DNA from: Candidatus Staskawiczbacteria bacterium
Lineage (GTDB): Bacteria > Patescibacteriota > Minisyncoccia > Minisyncoccales > Staskawiczbacteraceae
Assembly (NCBI GenBank): GCA_016866675.1
Contig: VGLO01000002.1
Span: 1-46,776 of the forward strand
Direction: 5' to 3'
DNA length: 46,776 nucleotides
Made by a program: the position numbers and the translations under genes. Positions 8,392 through 16,995 of the stretch are shown here, piece after piece; within the stretch, counting starts at the first letter, position 1; each line of letters opens with the position of its first letter. The notes under the pieces are model-generated. The model saw only the letters and a list, made by a program, of their open reading frames with translations, did not search any database and was not told where the DNA came from.

Positions 8392-8823
8392 ATGCAAATA
8401 CACGAATTAAAACCAAAACATAAAACAAAGGGTAAGAAGAGAGTTGGAAGAGGTGGAAAGAAAGGAACATACTCAGGAAGAGGTGGAAAGGGACAGACAG
8501 CAAGATCTGGTAGAAAGATGGAACCAATAGTGAGGGAGATTATAAAAAGGTATCCAAAGTTAAAAGCATATAGGAGTAATAAGGCTCCAACAGGTATTTT
8601 GGTTGTAAATATTAGTGCCTTAGATGAGAAATTTGAAAACGGTGAGGTTGTAAGTCCGGAAAGTTTGATTAAAAAGGGTATTTTACGTAATATTAAGGGG
8701 AAGGTTCCAGGGGTAAAAATTTTAGGTGATGGAAAACTAAGTAAAAAGTTGACAGTTGAGGGTTGTAAAACTTCAAAATCAGCAAAAGAAGCGATTGAAA
8801 AAGCCGGAGGAACTATTAAGTAG
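8392..8823 (+). CDS. rplO: 50S ribosomal protein L15
   Basis: KRVGRGGKKGTYSGRGGKGQTARSG is a uL15 signature. The gene starts 1 nt after the rpsE stop, so no rpmD lies between. Confidence 0.96.
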   Translation: MQIHELKPKHKTKGKKRVGRGGKKGTYSGRGGKGQTARSGRKMEPIVREIIKRYPKLKAYRSNKAPTGILVVNISALDEKFENGEVVSPESLIKKGILRNIKGKVPGVKILGDGKLSKKLTVEGCKTSKSAKEAIEKAGGTIK

Positions 8824-8825
8824 CG

Positions 8826-8890
8826 CTTAGGATATAGAGCATGGATTGTAGTGAAAACTAAATCCTAAATCCTAAATCCTAAATCCTAAA
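8826..8890 (+). repeat. CCTAAAT-heptamer hairpin family, copy B (upstream of secY)
   Basis: 3-prime arm is CTAAATC CTAAATC CTAAATC CTAAATC CTAAA (8858-8890). 5-prime arm is CTTAGGATATAGAGCATGGATTGTAG. GGATT-g-TAG pairs with CTA-AATCC, and TTAGGAT pairs with ATCCTAA. Confidence 0.6.
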
Positions 8891-8892
8891 CA

Positions 8893-10170
8893 ATGTGGTA
8901 CGAAAAAATATTATTAGTATTTCGCAATAAAGAATTAAGGAATAAATTTCTATTTATTTCTTTTATTTTTATTTTTTTCAGAATTGCAGCCAATATTCCA
9001 ATTCCAGGAATTGGTACTGAAAACTTAAAGGGCTTTTTTGAGCAGAATCAAGTTTTTGGACTTTTAAACATATTTTCAGGAGGAGCTTTGAGTAATTTTT
9101 CAATTGTTTTAATGGGACTTGGCCCATATATTACTTCAACAATTATACTTCAGCTTTTGACCATGATTTTTCCTGCTTTGGAAAAACTTTATAAAGAGGA
9201 AGGAGAAGCGGGAAGGCAGAAGTTTAATCAATACGGAAGATTGCTTACAATCCCATTAGCTATTGTTGAGGGTTATGGAATGCTTACTTTGTTTCAAAGA
9301 CAAGGTATTATTACAAGTTTATCCTTTCCTATGATGATAAGCTCAATTGTCACAATAGCTGCTGGAGCCATGTTTTTGATGTGGCTTGGAGAATTGATTA
9401 CAGAAAAGGGAATGGGAAATGGAATTTCTTTGTTAATTTTTGCTGGAATAGTAGCTAGCTTGCCAATCAATATTTTCCAAACATTTATAAGTTGGGATCC
9501 TTCAAAAATTGTCTCTTATATTTTGTTTTTCTTGTCTTCAATTCTTATTATAGCTGGAGTAGTTTTTATTACAGAAGCCAGAAGAAATATACCGGTTTCT
9601 TACGCAAAAAGAGTAAGAGGAAACAAAATGTACGGTGGCACTTCAACTTATTTGCCATTGAATATTAACCCAGCTGGAGTTATACCAATTATTTTTGCAC
9701 TCTCAATATTGTTATTTCCGGGTATGATTGCAGGATTCTTGGGTGGAGTAGGAGGTGTTGTAGGGACAACAGCAAATGCAGCAGCTGCATTTTTTAATAA
9801 TCCATGGATTCACGGAGTTTTGTATTTCCTGCTTGTAATTTTATTTACCTACTTTTATACGGCTGTGACTTTTGACCCAAAGACAATTTCTGAAAATTTG
9901 CAAAAAATGGGTGGGTTTGTGCCCGGCGTAAGACCAGGGACTTCAACTGCTGAATTTTTAAAACACATTTTAAATAGAGTTCTGTTTACCGGAGCCATGT
10001 TTTTAGGACTTATTGCTGTTTTGCCAAACATAGTGGCGGGAGCCACTGGAATTACCGGTTTTACATTCTTGATTGGAGGAACATCTCTTTTGATTGTAGT
10101 GAGTGTGGTTTTAGAAACCATGAGACAAATAACTTCGCAGTTGGAGATGAGAGAGTACGACACATTTTAG
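8893..10170 (+). CDS. secY: Preprotein translocase subunit SecY
   Basis: 425-aa polytopic membrane protein in the canonical post-rplO slot, with SecY-like motifs (GLGPYITSTIILQLL, ITEKGMGNGISLLIF). Confidence 0.97.
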   Translation: MWYEKILLVFRNKELRNKFLFISFIFIFFRIAANIPIPGIGTENLKGFFEQNQVFGLLNIFSGGALSNFSIVLMGLGPYITSTIILQLLTMIFPALEKLYKEEGEAGRQKFNQYGRLLTIPLAIVEGYGMLTLFQRQGIITSLSFPMMISSIVTIAAGAMFLMWLGELITEKGMGNGISLLIFAGIVASLPINIFQTFISWDPSKIVSYILFFLSSILIIAGVVFITEARRNIPVSYAKRVRGNKMYGGTSTYLPLNINPAGVIPIIFALSILLFPGMIAGFLGGVGGVVGTTANAAAAFFNNPWIHGVLYFLLVILFTYFYTAVTFDPKTISENLQKMGGFVPGVRPGTSTAEFLKHILNRVLFTGAMFLGLIAVLPNIVAGATGITGFTFLIGGTSLLIVVSVVLETMRQITSQLEMREYDTF

Positions 10171-10185
10171 TTTAAGTTATTAAAA

Positions 10186-10208
10186 AATCCGCCAAGAGGC
10201 GGATTTTT
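10186..10208 (+). terminator. Intrinsic terminator after secY
   Basis: AATCCGCC-aaga-GGCGGATT followed by a T-run. Confidence 0.8.
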
Positions 10209-10210
10209 GG

Positions 10211-10239
10211 TTGAGTTTTATAAATCTTTTATATATAAT
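10211..10239 (+). promoter_or_regulatory. Candidate promoter for adk, possibly giving a leaderless mRNA
   Basis: TTGAGT (10211-10216), 17 nt, TATAAT (10234-10239). The adk ATG A (10246) lies 7 nt after the -10 element. Confidence 0.45.
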
Positions 10240-10245
10240 ACTGCT

Positions 10246-10956
10246 ATGAGTAAAAAAGTGATTATTTTATTTGGTGCTCCGGGGGCTGGAAAAGGCACAC
10301 AATCAGAACTTCTTTCTGAAAAGATGGGTCTTTATTTGTTTGAGACAAGTAAAATGCTTGAAAAGGAATTCAAAAAAGTAGAGGAAATGCCAAAAGATGC
10401 AAAAGAAAGATTTGTTGAAATTGATGGAGAGAGGTTTGATATTTTAAATGAAAAAGAGATTTGGAAAAGAGGAGAATTGTGCAGTCCTCCCTGGGTGACT
10501 TATTTGACGATTAAAACTTTAAAAGACCTTCACGATGATGGAAGTAGTATTATTATGTCAGGATCTCCAAGAACTATTTATGAATCAGAAAGGGAGATGC
10601 CGGTTTTGGTTGAGCTTTATGGAAAGGAAAATATTAAGATTTGCTTGATTGAAATTTCAGCTGAAGTGACAATTGAGAGAAATTCGCACAGGAAAATTTG
10701 CGAATTAATGCGCCACTCAATTTTATTCAGCAAGGAAACCGAAAACCTGAAATTATGTCCCATTGATGGCTCAAATCTTGTAAAAAGAAAAGATTTGGAT
10801 GACCCAGAAACAATTAAAACAAGATTGGAGCAATATAAAGAAAGAACACTTCCTCTATTTGATTACTTTAGCAATAATGGGTTTAATGTGAAAAAGATTG
10901 ATGGTGAAACTTCTGTAGCTCAAGTGCACGAAGACATTTTAAAGGTAATTGGATAA
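10246..10956 (+). CDS. adk: Adenylate kinase
   Basis: MSKKVIILFGAPGAGKGTQ P-loop start. The track ORF begins at an upstream TTG (10207) inside the terminator, so the ATG at 10246 is preferred. Confidence 0.93.
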   Translation: MSKKVIILFGAPGAGKGTQSELLSEKMGLYLFETSKMLEKEFKKVEEMPKDAKERFVEIDGERFDILNEKEIWKRGELCSPPWVTYLTIKTLKDLHDDGSSIIMSGSPRTIYESEREMPVLVELYGKENIKICLIEISAEVTIERNSHRKICELMRHSILFSKETENLKLCPIDGSNLVKRKDLDDPETIKTRLEQYKERTLPLFDYFSNNGFNVKKIDGETSVAQVHEDILKVIG

Positions 10957-10957
10957 A

Positions 10958-11701
10958 ATGAGCCTAATTAAAACACAAAAAGAAGTAGAGGTAATGGCTG
11001 AAGGAGGCAAAATACTGGCTGAAGTTTTGGGTGAAATTGAAAAAATGGCAAAACCCGGAATTACAACTTTAGAATTAGACAGGGCTTCTGAGGCCCTTAT
11101 TTTAAAACGCGGAGCAAAACCTGCATTTAAGGGATACGAAAAGTTTCCCTACTCTCTATGTGCTTCTGTGAATGATGTAATTGTCCATGGATTCCCCTCA
11201 AACTACCGGCTAAAAAGCGGAGATGTTGTTGGTTTAGACCTAGGAGTTTTATGGAAGGGCTACAATACAGATATGGCTGTGACGGTTGCTGTAGGAGAGG
11301 TTTCCTTTGAGGCAAAGAGATTACTGCAAGTGACAAAAAAAGCATTAAGATTGGGAATCAAAAAAGCTAGAGCTGGTATCACAACCGGAGATTTAGGAAA
11401 CACTATACAAAAATATATTGAAGATCAAGGGTACGGAGTGGTGAGGGATTTGTGTGGTCACGGAATTGGCAAAGAAATACATGAGGATCCACAAATTCCA
11501 AACTATGGACAGCGTCACAAAGGAGTTGAATTAAAAGAGGGAATGGTAATTTGTATTGAGCCAATGGTGACTTTGGGAGATTTTAGATTAAAGGAAGCAA
11601 AAGACGGTTATGGATTTGCCACAAGGGATGGTAAGATTTCAGCCCACTTTGAACACACAATTGCAATTACAAGAGACGGGTGTAAGGTTTTGACAGAGTA
11701 G
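10958..11701 (+). CDS. map: Methionine aminopeptidase, type I
   Basis: MetAP-like metal-ligand contexts (VVGLDLGV..GYNTDMA, CGHGIGKEIHE, ICIEPM, HFEHTI). The ATG at 10958 is preferred over the TTG at 10949. Confidence 0.94.
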   Translation: MSLIKTQKEVEVMAEGGKILAEVLGEIEKMAKPGITTLELDRASEALILKRGAKPAFKGYEKFPYSLCASVNDVIVHGFPSNYRLKSGDVVGLDLGVLWKGYNTDMAVTVAVGEVSFEAKRLLQVTKKALRLGIKKARAGITTGDLGNTIQKYIEDQGYGVVRDLCGHGIGKEIHEDPQIPNYGQRHKGVELKEGMVICIEPMVTLGDFRLKEAKDGYGFATRDGKISAHFEHTIAITRDGCKVLTE

Positions 11702-11721
11702 CTCTTTTTGGAGGTTTTAGA

Positions 11722-11994
11722 ATGGCAACAATTCTTGGTATTGAAACCTTTGCAGAGGCTCAAAAGAAATTAGAGCGAATATTGTCTCAACATCCTCCTT
11801 TGAGGAAAATAGTTGAAGAAACAACGATTCCTTGGGAATTAAGCCATAAGGGATATTTTTGGCCTTGTCCTGCTCCTAATTGCCTTGGTGGAGAACTTCA
11901 TGTGGCTGGGAGGAATAAGCTTTACGACGGAAGAGCTGGCTTGGGGAGCTTATACATATGTAAGGATTGCGGACATCAAGTAACCCGAAAATAA
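11722..11994 (+). CDS. Hypothetical small zinc-ribbon protein
   Basis: 90-aa ORF with CPAPNC...CKDC. No family recognised. Followed by a terminator. Confidence 0.6.
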   Translation: MATILGIETFAEAQKKLERILSQHPPLRKIVEETTIPWELSHKGYFWPCPAPNCLGGELHVAGRNKLYDGRAGLGSLYICKDCGHQVTRK

Positions 11995-11998
11995 TAAG

Positions 11999-12024
11999 GT
12001 CCTGCTAGTATGTAGGGCTTTTTT
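11999..12024 (+). terminator. Candidate intrinsic terminator
   Basis: GTCCTGC-tagtat-GTAGGGC (5 WC + 2 G-U pairs) followed by six T. Confidence 0.5.
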
Positions 12025-12055
12025 GTTTTAGATTTTTTTAGTATGATATCTTAAT

Positions 12056-12757
12056 ATGAAAAAACTTATTGTTGCAAATTGGAAAATGAATCCATCTACG
12101 CAAAAAGAAGCAGTAGAGCTTTTTAATGCTGTGAAGGATGGAGTAAAAGAATCAGAAAATGCTAAGGTAGTAATTTGTCCGCCCTTTATTTATTTATCGA
12201 CACTGAAAGGGCTAACACTTGGAGCACAAAACGTTTTTTATAAGGAGTCGGGAGCATATACCGGCGAAGTTTCGCCAAAGCAACTAAAAGATTTAGGTGT
12301 TGAATATGTAATTACTGGACACTCTGAAGTCAGAATGTATTTGGGTGAAACCAATGAAGTGATAAATAAAAAAATAAAAGAATCTTTGAGTGAGGGATTA
12401 AAACCAATTTTTTGTATTGGTGAAAAAGAAGGTGAAAACAAAGAAGAAGTTTTAAAGAGACAAATTACAGAGGGTTTAAGAGATTTATCTGAAAAAGAGT
12501 CAGAAAATATTGTCATAGCTTATGAGCCAGTATGGGCAATAGGCACGGGAAAGAATTGTTCTGTTGAAGAAACAAAAAAATCTATTGAATTTATAAAGAA
12601 AATCGTATTTCAAGATATTAATGTTTTGTATGGGGGAAGTGTAAAAAGCTCAAACGCTTCTGATTACTTAAAAAACGGGGGAGTAGATGGATTATTGGTT
12701 GGTGGCTCATCCCTCAAGCCAGAAGAGTTTATAGAAATCATAAAATTGGCACAATAG
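12056..12757 (+). CDS. tpiA: Triosephosphate isomerase
   Basis: VANWKMN start, AYEPVWAIGTGK catalytic-loop motif, YGGSV. Confidence 0.96.
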   Translation: MKKLIVANWKMNPSTQKEAVELFNAVKDGVKESENAKVVICPPFIYLSTLKGLTLGAQNVFYKESGAYTGEVSPKQLKDLGVEYVITGHSEVRMYLGETNEVINKKIKESLSEGLKPIFCIGEKEGENKEEVLKRQITEGLRDLSEKESENIVIAYEPVWAIGTGKNCSVEETKKSIEFIKKIVFQDINVLYGGSVKSSNASDYLKNGGVDGLLVGGSSLKPEEFIEIIKLAQ

Positions 12758-12766
12758 TTAAGTATG

Positions 12767-12788
12767 GGCTAGGTTTCCTAGCCTTTTT
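12767..12788 (+). terminator. Intrinsic terminator after tpiA
   Basis: GGCTAGG-ttt-CCTAGCC followed by TTTTT. Confidence 0.8.
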
Positions 12789-12829
12789 GATTTAATTGAC
12801 ATTTTTTGGGTCTAAAGTATATTAAGTGT

Positions 12830-13366
12830 ATGGAAGAAGAAGTAATTGATGTAGGACAATTTTATAATCCAAGCAATGGCCGAATGAATTTTAAGGAAGT
12901 AATAGATGATATTAAAGGCTATATTTTAGCCCAGCCAGGATTTTTTTACGATATTGTTGTTGGATGCGACTCTCCTTCATCTGACAAACCATTTTTTCCA
13001 ATTGCAATTGTTGTTTTAAGAAAAGGAGCCGGTGGCAGGTTTTTCTTAAAAAAAATGCATTATCCAGATGAGCAGCTCAAGCGTTTTGTGAATGTTCCAA
13101 CCAATTGGAAGCAGAGGATTTTACAAGAAGTTTATTTATCATGTGAGTTGGCTCTTTCTCTAAGAGAGGCATTAGAAAGGGAATTCGGTAAAGCAAGTCC
13201 AACATTTAATTATCAATTTCAGTATATTCATGCAGATGTAGGTGAGCATGGCAAAACAAAAGAAATGGTAAAGGAGGTGACAGGATTGATTAAAGGGCAT
13301 GGCTTTGAACCAATGATAAAACCACTTTCATTTGCTGCCTCAGTGGTTGCAGACAGGTATACGTAG
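12830..13366 (+). CDS. DUF458/YkuK-like (RNase H-fold) protein, tentative
   Basis: From memory the N-terminus (FYNPSNGRMNFKEVIDDI...VVGCDS...) resembles the YkuK family. The ATG at 12830 is preferred over the TTG at 12806. Confidence 0.55.
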   Translation: MEEEVIDVGQFYNPSNGRMNFKEVIDDIKGYILAQPGFFYDIVVGCDSPSSDKPFFPIAIVVLRKGAGGRFFLKKMHYPDEQLKRFVNVPTNWKQRILQEVYLSCELALSLREALEREFGKASPTFNYQFQYIHADVGEHGKTKEMVKEVTGLIKGHGFEPMIKPLSFAASVVADRYT

Positions 13367-13393
13367 TTATTTTTTTTGGAGAGGAGGTATCCA

Positions 13394-13747
13394 ATGCTAG
13401 AACTTTTAAAATTGGGCGATTCAGGATTAAGACAAAAATTACTTTTTGGGAAAGAAGTAGTTAAATATTCTCGCGCCACAAATATGACTCGCAAACATGT
13501 TGTGTCTGATGAGTATGGCACAGTGGAGTTGACTCTTTACCAGCGCTCGAATGCTTGCAATAAAGAAGCAGGAATTATCTTGTTGCCACCAAAAGACTTT
13601 GGACATATTGAATTGATTGCTAAAATGATCAGGGTTTTTGGGCAAAGAATGGAAAATTGCTTCGCAACTGTGGGAGATTACTATTTTTATCTTGTTGCAA
13701 AGTATGGATTAACCAAAGTTAAATACTCTGCATGGAATCCTGAATGA
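13394..13747 (+). CDS. Hypothetical protein
   Basis: ORF with GGAGAGGAGG Shine-Dalgarno 5-15 nt upstream of the ATG at 13394. No family recognised. Confidence 0.55.
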   Translation: MLELLKLGDSGLRQKLLFGKEVVKYSRATNMTRKHVVSDEYGTVELTLYQRSNACNKEAGIILLPPKDFGHIELIAKMIRVFGQRMENCFATVGDYYFYLVAKYGLTKVKYSAWNPE

Positions 13748-13754
13748 AATTATT

Positions 13755-13781
13755 ACCGGTGGTTTTGACTACCGGTTTTTG
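13755..13781 (+). terminator. Candidate intrinsic terminator
   Basis: ACCGGT-n10-ACCGGT followed by TTTTT. Confidence 0.55.
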
Positions 13782-13795
13782 TTTTGAAAAAATAT

Positions 13796-13824
13796 TTGAT
13801 GAAAGAAGATTTTTATTGTAAAAT
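13796..13824 (+). promoter_or_regulatory. Candidate promoter for alaS
   Basis: TTGATG, 17 nt, TAAAAT. A 7/8-bp hairpin CCACGGAC-tac-GTCCATGG follows in the short leader. Confidence 0.35.
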
Positions 13825-13876
13825 AGAAATCCACGGACTACGTCCATGGTATTGGAGCAAGAAATAATAAAAAATC

Positions 13877-15631
13877 ATGAATTCAGCAGATTTACGGAAA
13901 AAATTCCTCGAATTTTTTAAAAAAAATGAGCATACTGTGGTTCCCTCTTCTTCGCTATTGCCGACTGATCCTTCGGTACTTTTTACAACTGCGGGCATGC
14001 AACAATTCAAGCCCTATTATACAGGTGACGCTGATGCGATGAAGGATTTTGGATCACTGAGCACGGCTTCTGTCCAAAAATCTATGCGTACTTCAGATAT
14101 TGAAGAGGTTGGCGATGATACCCACGATACCTTCTTTGAAATGCTGGGAAACTTCAGTTTTGGCGGGTACTGGAAAAAAGAAGCCATTACGTACGCTTTT
14201 GAATTTATTGCAAGCGTAGTGGGATTGGAGATTTCGTATGTTACGGTTTTTGAAGGGTCAGATGTAGTGCCAAAAGATGAAGAATCAAAAGAAATTTGGA
14301 AATCACTTGGGGTTACAGATATCAGGGAAGAAGGAATGGAAGATGTCTTTTGGGGCCCAACGGGAAATAATGGCCCTTGCGGACCAACCACGGAAATTTA
14401 CTGTAAAAATGCTAATGGAATAGATGTTGAAATTTGGAATATTGTTTTCAATGAGTTTTTCTGTGACGGCTCAAGAGAGCAATTGTTAGCCGGAGAAGCA
14501 AAGCTCACTCCTCTTGAGAAAAAAGGAATTGATACGGGCATGGGATTAGAAAGGCTAGCCATGGTTGCCCAAAAAACAACCAATATTTTTGATACAGATT
14601 TATTTTTACCAATTTTAGACCAAGTTCCAGATGCAGATTTGAGGCTGAGGCGAATAGTGGCTGACCATTTGAGATCTGCAATATTTTTAATTGCTGATGG
14701 CGTCTTACCTTCAAACAAAGATCAGGGGTACATTTTGCGAAGGCTGCTTAGGAGAGCGATGACCTATGGTAGGATGCATCACTTTAAAAAGGAAATTGTT
14801 GATAATATTGTTGAGGCCACACTTTCTATATATGAAGGCACCTACAAGGAATTAGAAGAGAAAAAAGAGCATGTGTTGAGCGTTATTCATGAAGAGGGGA
14901 GGAAGTTTGGCGAAACATTGGAAAAGGGTTTGAAAGAATTAGAAAAAATGGAAAATATTGACGCAAAGTCAGCATTCTTTCTCTATCAGACGTTTGGCGT
15001 TCCATTTGATATTTTAAAAGAGCTAAGCGGAAAAGAAATTAATCAAAAAGCTTTTGAAGATGAACTAAAAAAACACCAGGAGCTTTCAAAGACGGCTTCA
15101 GCTGGAATGTTTAAGGGGGGGCTGGCTGATCACGATGAAAAAACCATTAGATTACATACAGCTCATCACTTGTTGCTGTCTGCTTTGCAGGAATTATTTG
15201 GAAAGGAAGTAAAACAGCGAGGAAGCAATATTAATCAAGAACGATTACGAATTGATTTTTCATTTTCTCGGAAGTTAACCGATCAAGAAAAAAAACACAT
15301 TGAAGATATGGTTAATGAAAAGATTCAGCAGGGATTGGATGTGGTAAAAAGGGAGATGCCAAAGGAGGAAGCAGAAAAGATTGGCGCAGAAATGGAATTT
15401 GGTGTAAAATATAATAACATTGTTTCAGTGTATTTTATTGTCCCGATGCCAGAAGCATCGAGGATCCGCGATGGCGAGGCCATCGGGAAGGATATTATGG
15501 ATAAAGTATTTAGCAAGGAATTCTGCGGAGGACCTCATGTAAAAAATACTTCTGAATTAGGACATTTTAAGATTGTAAAAGAGGAAGCTTCCTCACAAGG
15601 GGTCAGAAGAATTAAAGCAATTTTAGAGTAA
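13877..15631 (+). CDS. alaS: Alanine--tRNA ligase, short form (584 aa, no C-Ala domain)
   Basis: Class II AlaRS N-terminus (FLEFFKKNEHTVVPSSSLLPTDPSVLFTTAGMQQFKPYY). Editing-domain motifs HTAHHLL and CGGPHV are present. The protein ends right after the editing domain. Confidence 0.93.
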   Translation: MNSADLRKKFLEFFKKNEHTVVPSSSLLPTDPSVLFTTAGMQQFKPYYTGDADAMKDFGSLSTASVQKSMRTSDIEEVGDDTHDTFFEMLGNFSFGGYWKKEAITYAFEFIASVVGLEISYVTVFEGSDVVPKDEESKEIWKSLGVTDIREEGMEDVFWGPTGNNGPCGPTTEIYCKNANGIDVEIWNIVFNEFFCDGSREQLLAGEAKLTPLEKKGIDTGMGLERLAMVAQKTTNIFDTDLFLPILDQVPDADLRLRRIVADHLRSAIFLIADGVLPSNKDQGYILRRLLRRAMTYGRMHHFKKEIVDNIVEATLSIYEGTYKELEEKKEHVLSVIHEEGRKFGETLEKGLKELEKMENIDAKSAFFLYQTFGVPFDILKELSGKEINQKAFEDELKKHQELSKTASAGMFKGGLADHDEKTIRLHTAHHLLLSALQELFGKEVKQRGSNINQERLRIDFSFSRKLTDQEKKHIEDMVNEKIQQGLDVVKREMPKEEAEKIGAEMEFGVKYNNIVSVYFIVPMPEASRIRDGEAIGKDIMDKVFSKEFCGGPHVKNTSELGHFKIVKEEASSQGVRRIKAILE

Positions 15632-15638
15632 AAATTCT

Positions 15639-16961
15639 ATGCCAAGAAAAATTTACGATGTAGTACCACCTAAGGTGGCCAACAAATTAGAAAACGCAGT
15701 ACGGGATTTGGGCGTTGCAAAAGCAACAAAAAAGAAGCGCACAACAAAATCTGTAAAAATTAACAAAAGTCCACGAGTTGAAAGCAAGATTCAAATGCCG
15801 GCGATAGATCAAAAACATTCAATTAAAAAATGGGTTGGCATTGGAGTTGTTGTTTGTGTTTTTCTAGTTGGATTATTTCTTTTTGTAAGACTACCAAAAG
15901 CCGAAATTCAAATTTCACCTACTTTGAGCGAGATAAAATTGGAAGACGAAATTCTAGCTAACAAGAATGTAAGCGAAATTAATTTTATTGGAAAAGTAAT
16001 TCCACTTAAAGTTTTAGAAGATACAAAAGAATCTTCACAAAACTTTCCAGCTACGGGTACCGCTTCAAATGAAGGAAGAGCCACAGGAACCATAAGAATA
16101 TATAATAAAAACAATCCCGCCACGCCAGTCACATTGGTTTCTGGTACTCACTTTTTATCTGATTCTGGTAAATACTTTGTGACTTTAGCAAAGGTGACTA
16201 TTCCTGCAATGAAAAATAAGGTGCCTGGATCAATTGTTGTAAAAGTTCAAGCTGAAAAATCAGGAGAAGAATATAATATTAAACCCGCAAGTTTTTCTGT
16301 TCCTAAACTTTCTGGGACATCTTACTATTATAGTATTTGGGCTGAATCAACAGAAGATATGGTAGGTGGATATACAGGAAAGGTAAAAAAAGTGACGAAG
16401 GATGACATTGAGAGCGCAGAAGATGTTTTAACAAAAAAACTTATATCAGATGCAGAGTCTACAATAAAAAGCAAAATTTCAGAAGATGAAATTATTCTTG
16501 ATGATTCTGTTTTGGCAAATGTAATTTCTACAATTTCTGATGTAAAGCCAGAAACAGTAGTAGAATCATTTAATCAATCTGCAAGCGTAAAAATTACAGC
16601 CCTAGTGGTTAATAAAAAAGATTTAGAAGAATATGCAAAGAAAGTAATTTCAGAAAAAATTCCTTCTGATAGTAAATTACTAGAAAGTAGTTTGAGTATT
16701 GTTTATGAGTCTGGGTTATTAGACTTTACAAAAGGGACAGAAAAGATTTCTCTTAGTGTTTCTGCAAAAAGCTACAACACAGTAAACACAGATGAGCTTT
16801 CTGAAATGTTTAGCAAGAAAGGGGAGTCTGAAATTAAAAGTATTGTTGAATCAACTTACGGAGACAAGGTTTCCTTAGTTGATGTTAATTTTTGGCCTTT
16901 CTGGGTAAATTCAGCTCCGAGCAATGTAAGCAGGATTAAAACTAACCTAAGTTTTGAATAA
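15639..16961 (+). CDS. Hypothetical membrane-anchored protein
   Basis: 440-aa ORF with one N-terminal TM helix (WVGIGVVVCVFLVGLFLFV). Likely co-transcribed with alaS (7-nt gap). Family not recognised. Confidence 0.7.
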   Translation: MPRKIYDVVPPKVANKLENAVRDLGVAKATKKKRTTKSVKINKSPRVESKIQMPAIDQKHSIKKWVGIGVVVCVFLVGLFLFVRLPKAEIQISPTLSEIKLEDEILANKNVSEINFIGKVIPLKVLEDTKESSQNFPATGTASNEGRATGTIRIYNKNNPATPVTLVSGTHFLSDSGKYFVTLAKVTIPAMKNKVPGSIVVKVQAEKSGEEYNIKPASFSVPKLSGTSYYYSIWAESTEDMVGGYTGKVKKVTKDDIESAEDVLTKKLISDAESTIKSKISEDEIILDDSVLANVISTISDVKPETVVESFNQSASVKITALVVNKKDLEEYAKKVISEKIPSDSKLLESSLSIVYESGLLDFTKGTEKISLSVSAKSYNTVNTDELSEMFSKKGESEIKSIVESTYGDKVSLVDVNFWPFWVNSAPSNVSRIKTNLSFE

Positions 16962-16995
16962 ATAATCCAAAAATAGTCTAAAAATACCAATAGGG

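Noticed and set aside
6286-8890. CCTAAAT / CCCTAAA repeats as telomere-like repeats or a CRISPR array
   Set aside because: The units are 7 nt, contiguous and without spacers, so this is not CRISPR. They total under 35 nt, are internal to operons, and pair with an upstream complementary arm. The resemblance to the plant-type telomere repeat CCCTAAA is coincidental.
896-10163. Numerous minus-strand or alternate-frame ORFs from the track inside the ribosomal cluster and secY (for example 896-1165, 1739-1951, 2942-3238, 3612-4121, 4292-4669, 4889-5101, 6353-6535, 6923-7132, 7823-8527, 9855-10163)
   Set aside because: Each lies antisense to or overlaps a strongly recognisable conserved gene. Their translations are low-complexity (F/L/S/I-rich), as expected from the reverse complement of Lys/Glu-rich AT-rich coding DNA. 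None has a start context.
13825-13876. T-box or other riboswitch leader upstream of alaS
   Set aside because: The leader is only about 50 nt with a single 8-bp hairpin. That is far too short for a T-box, and no specifier or antiterminator elements are present.
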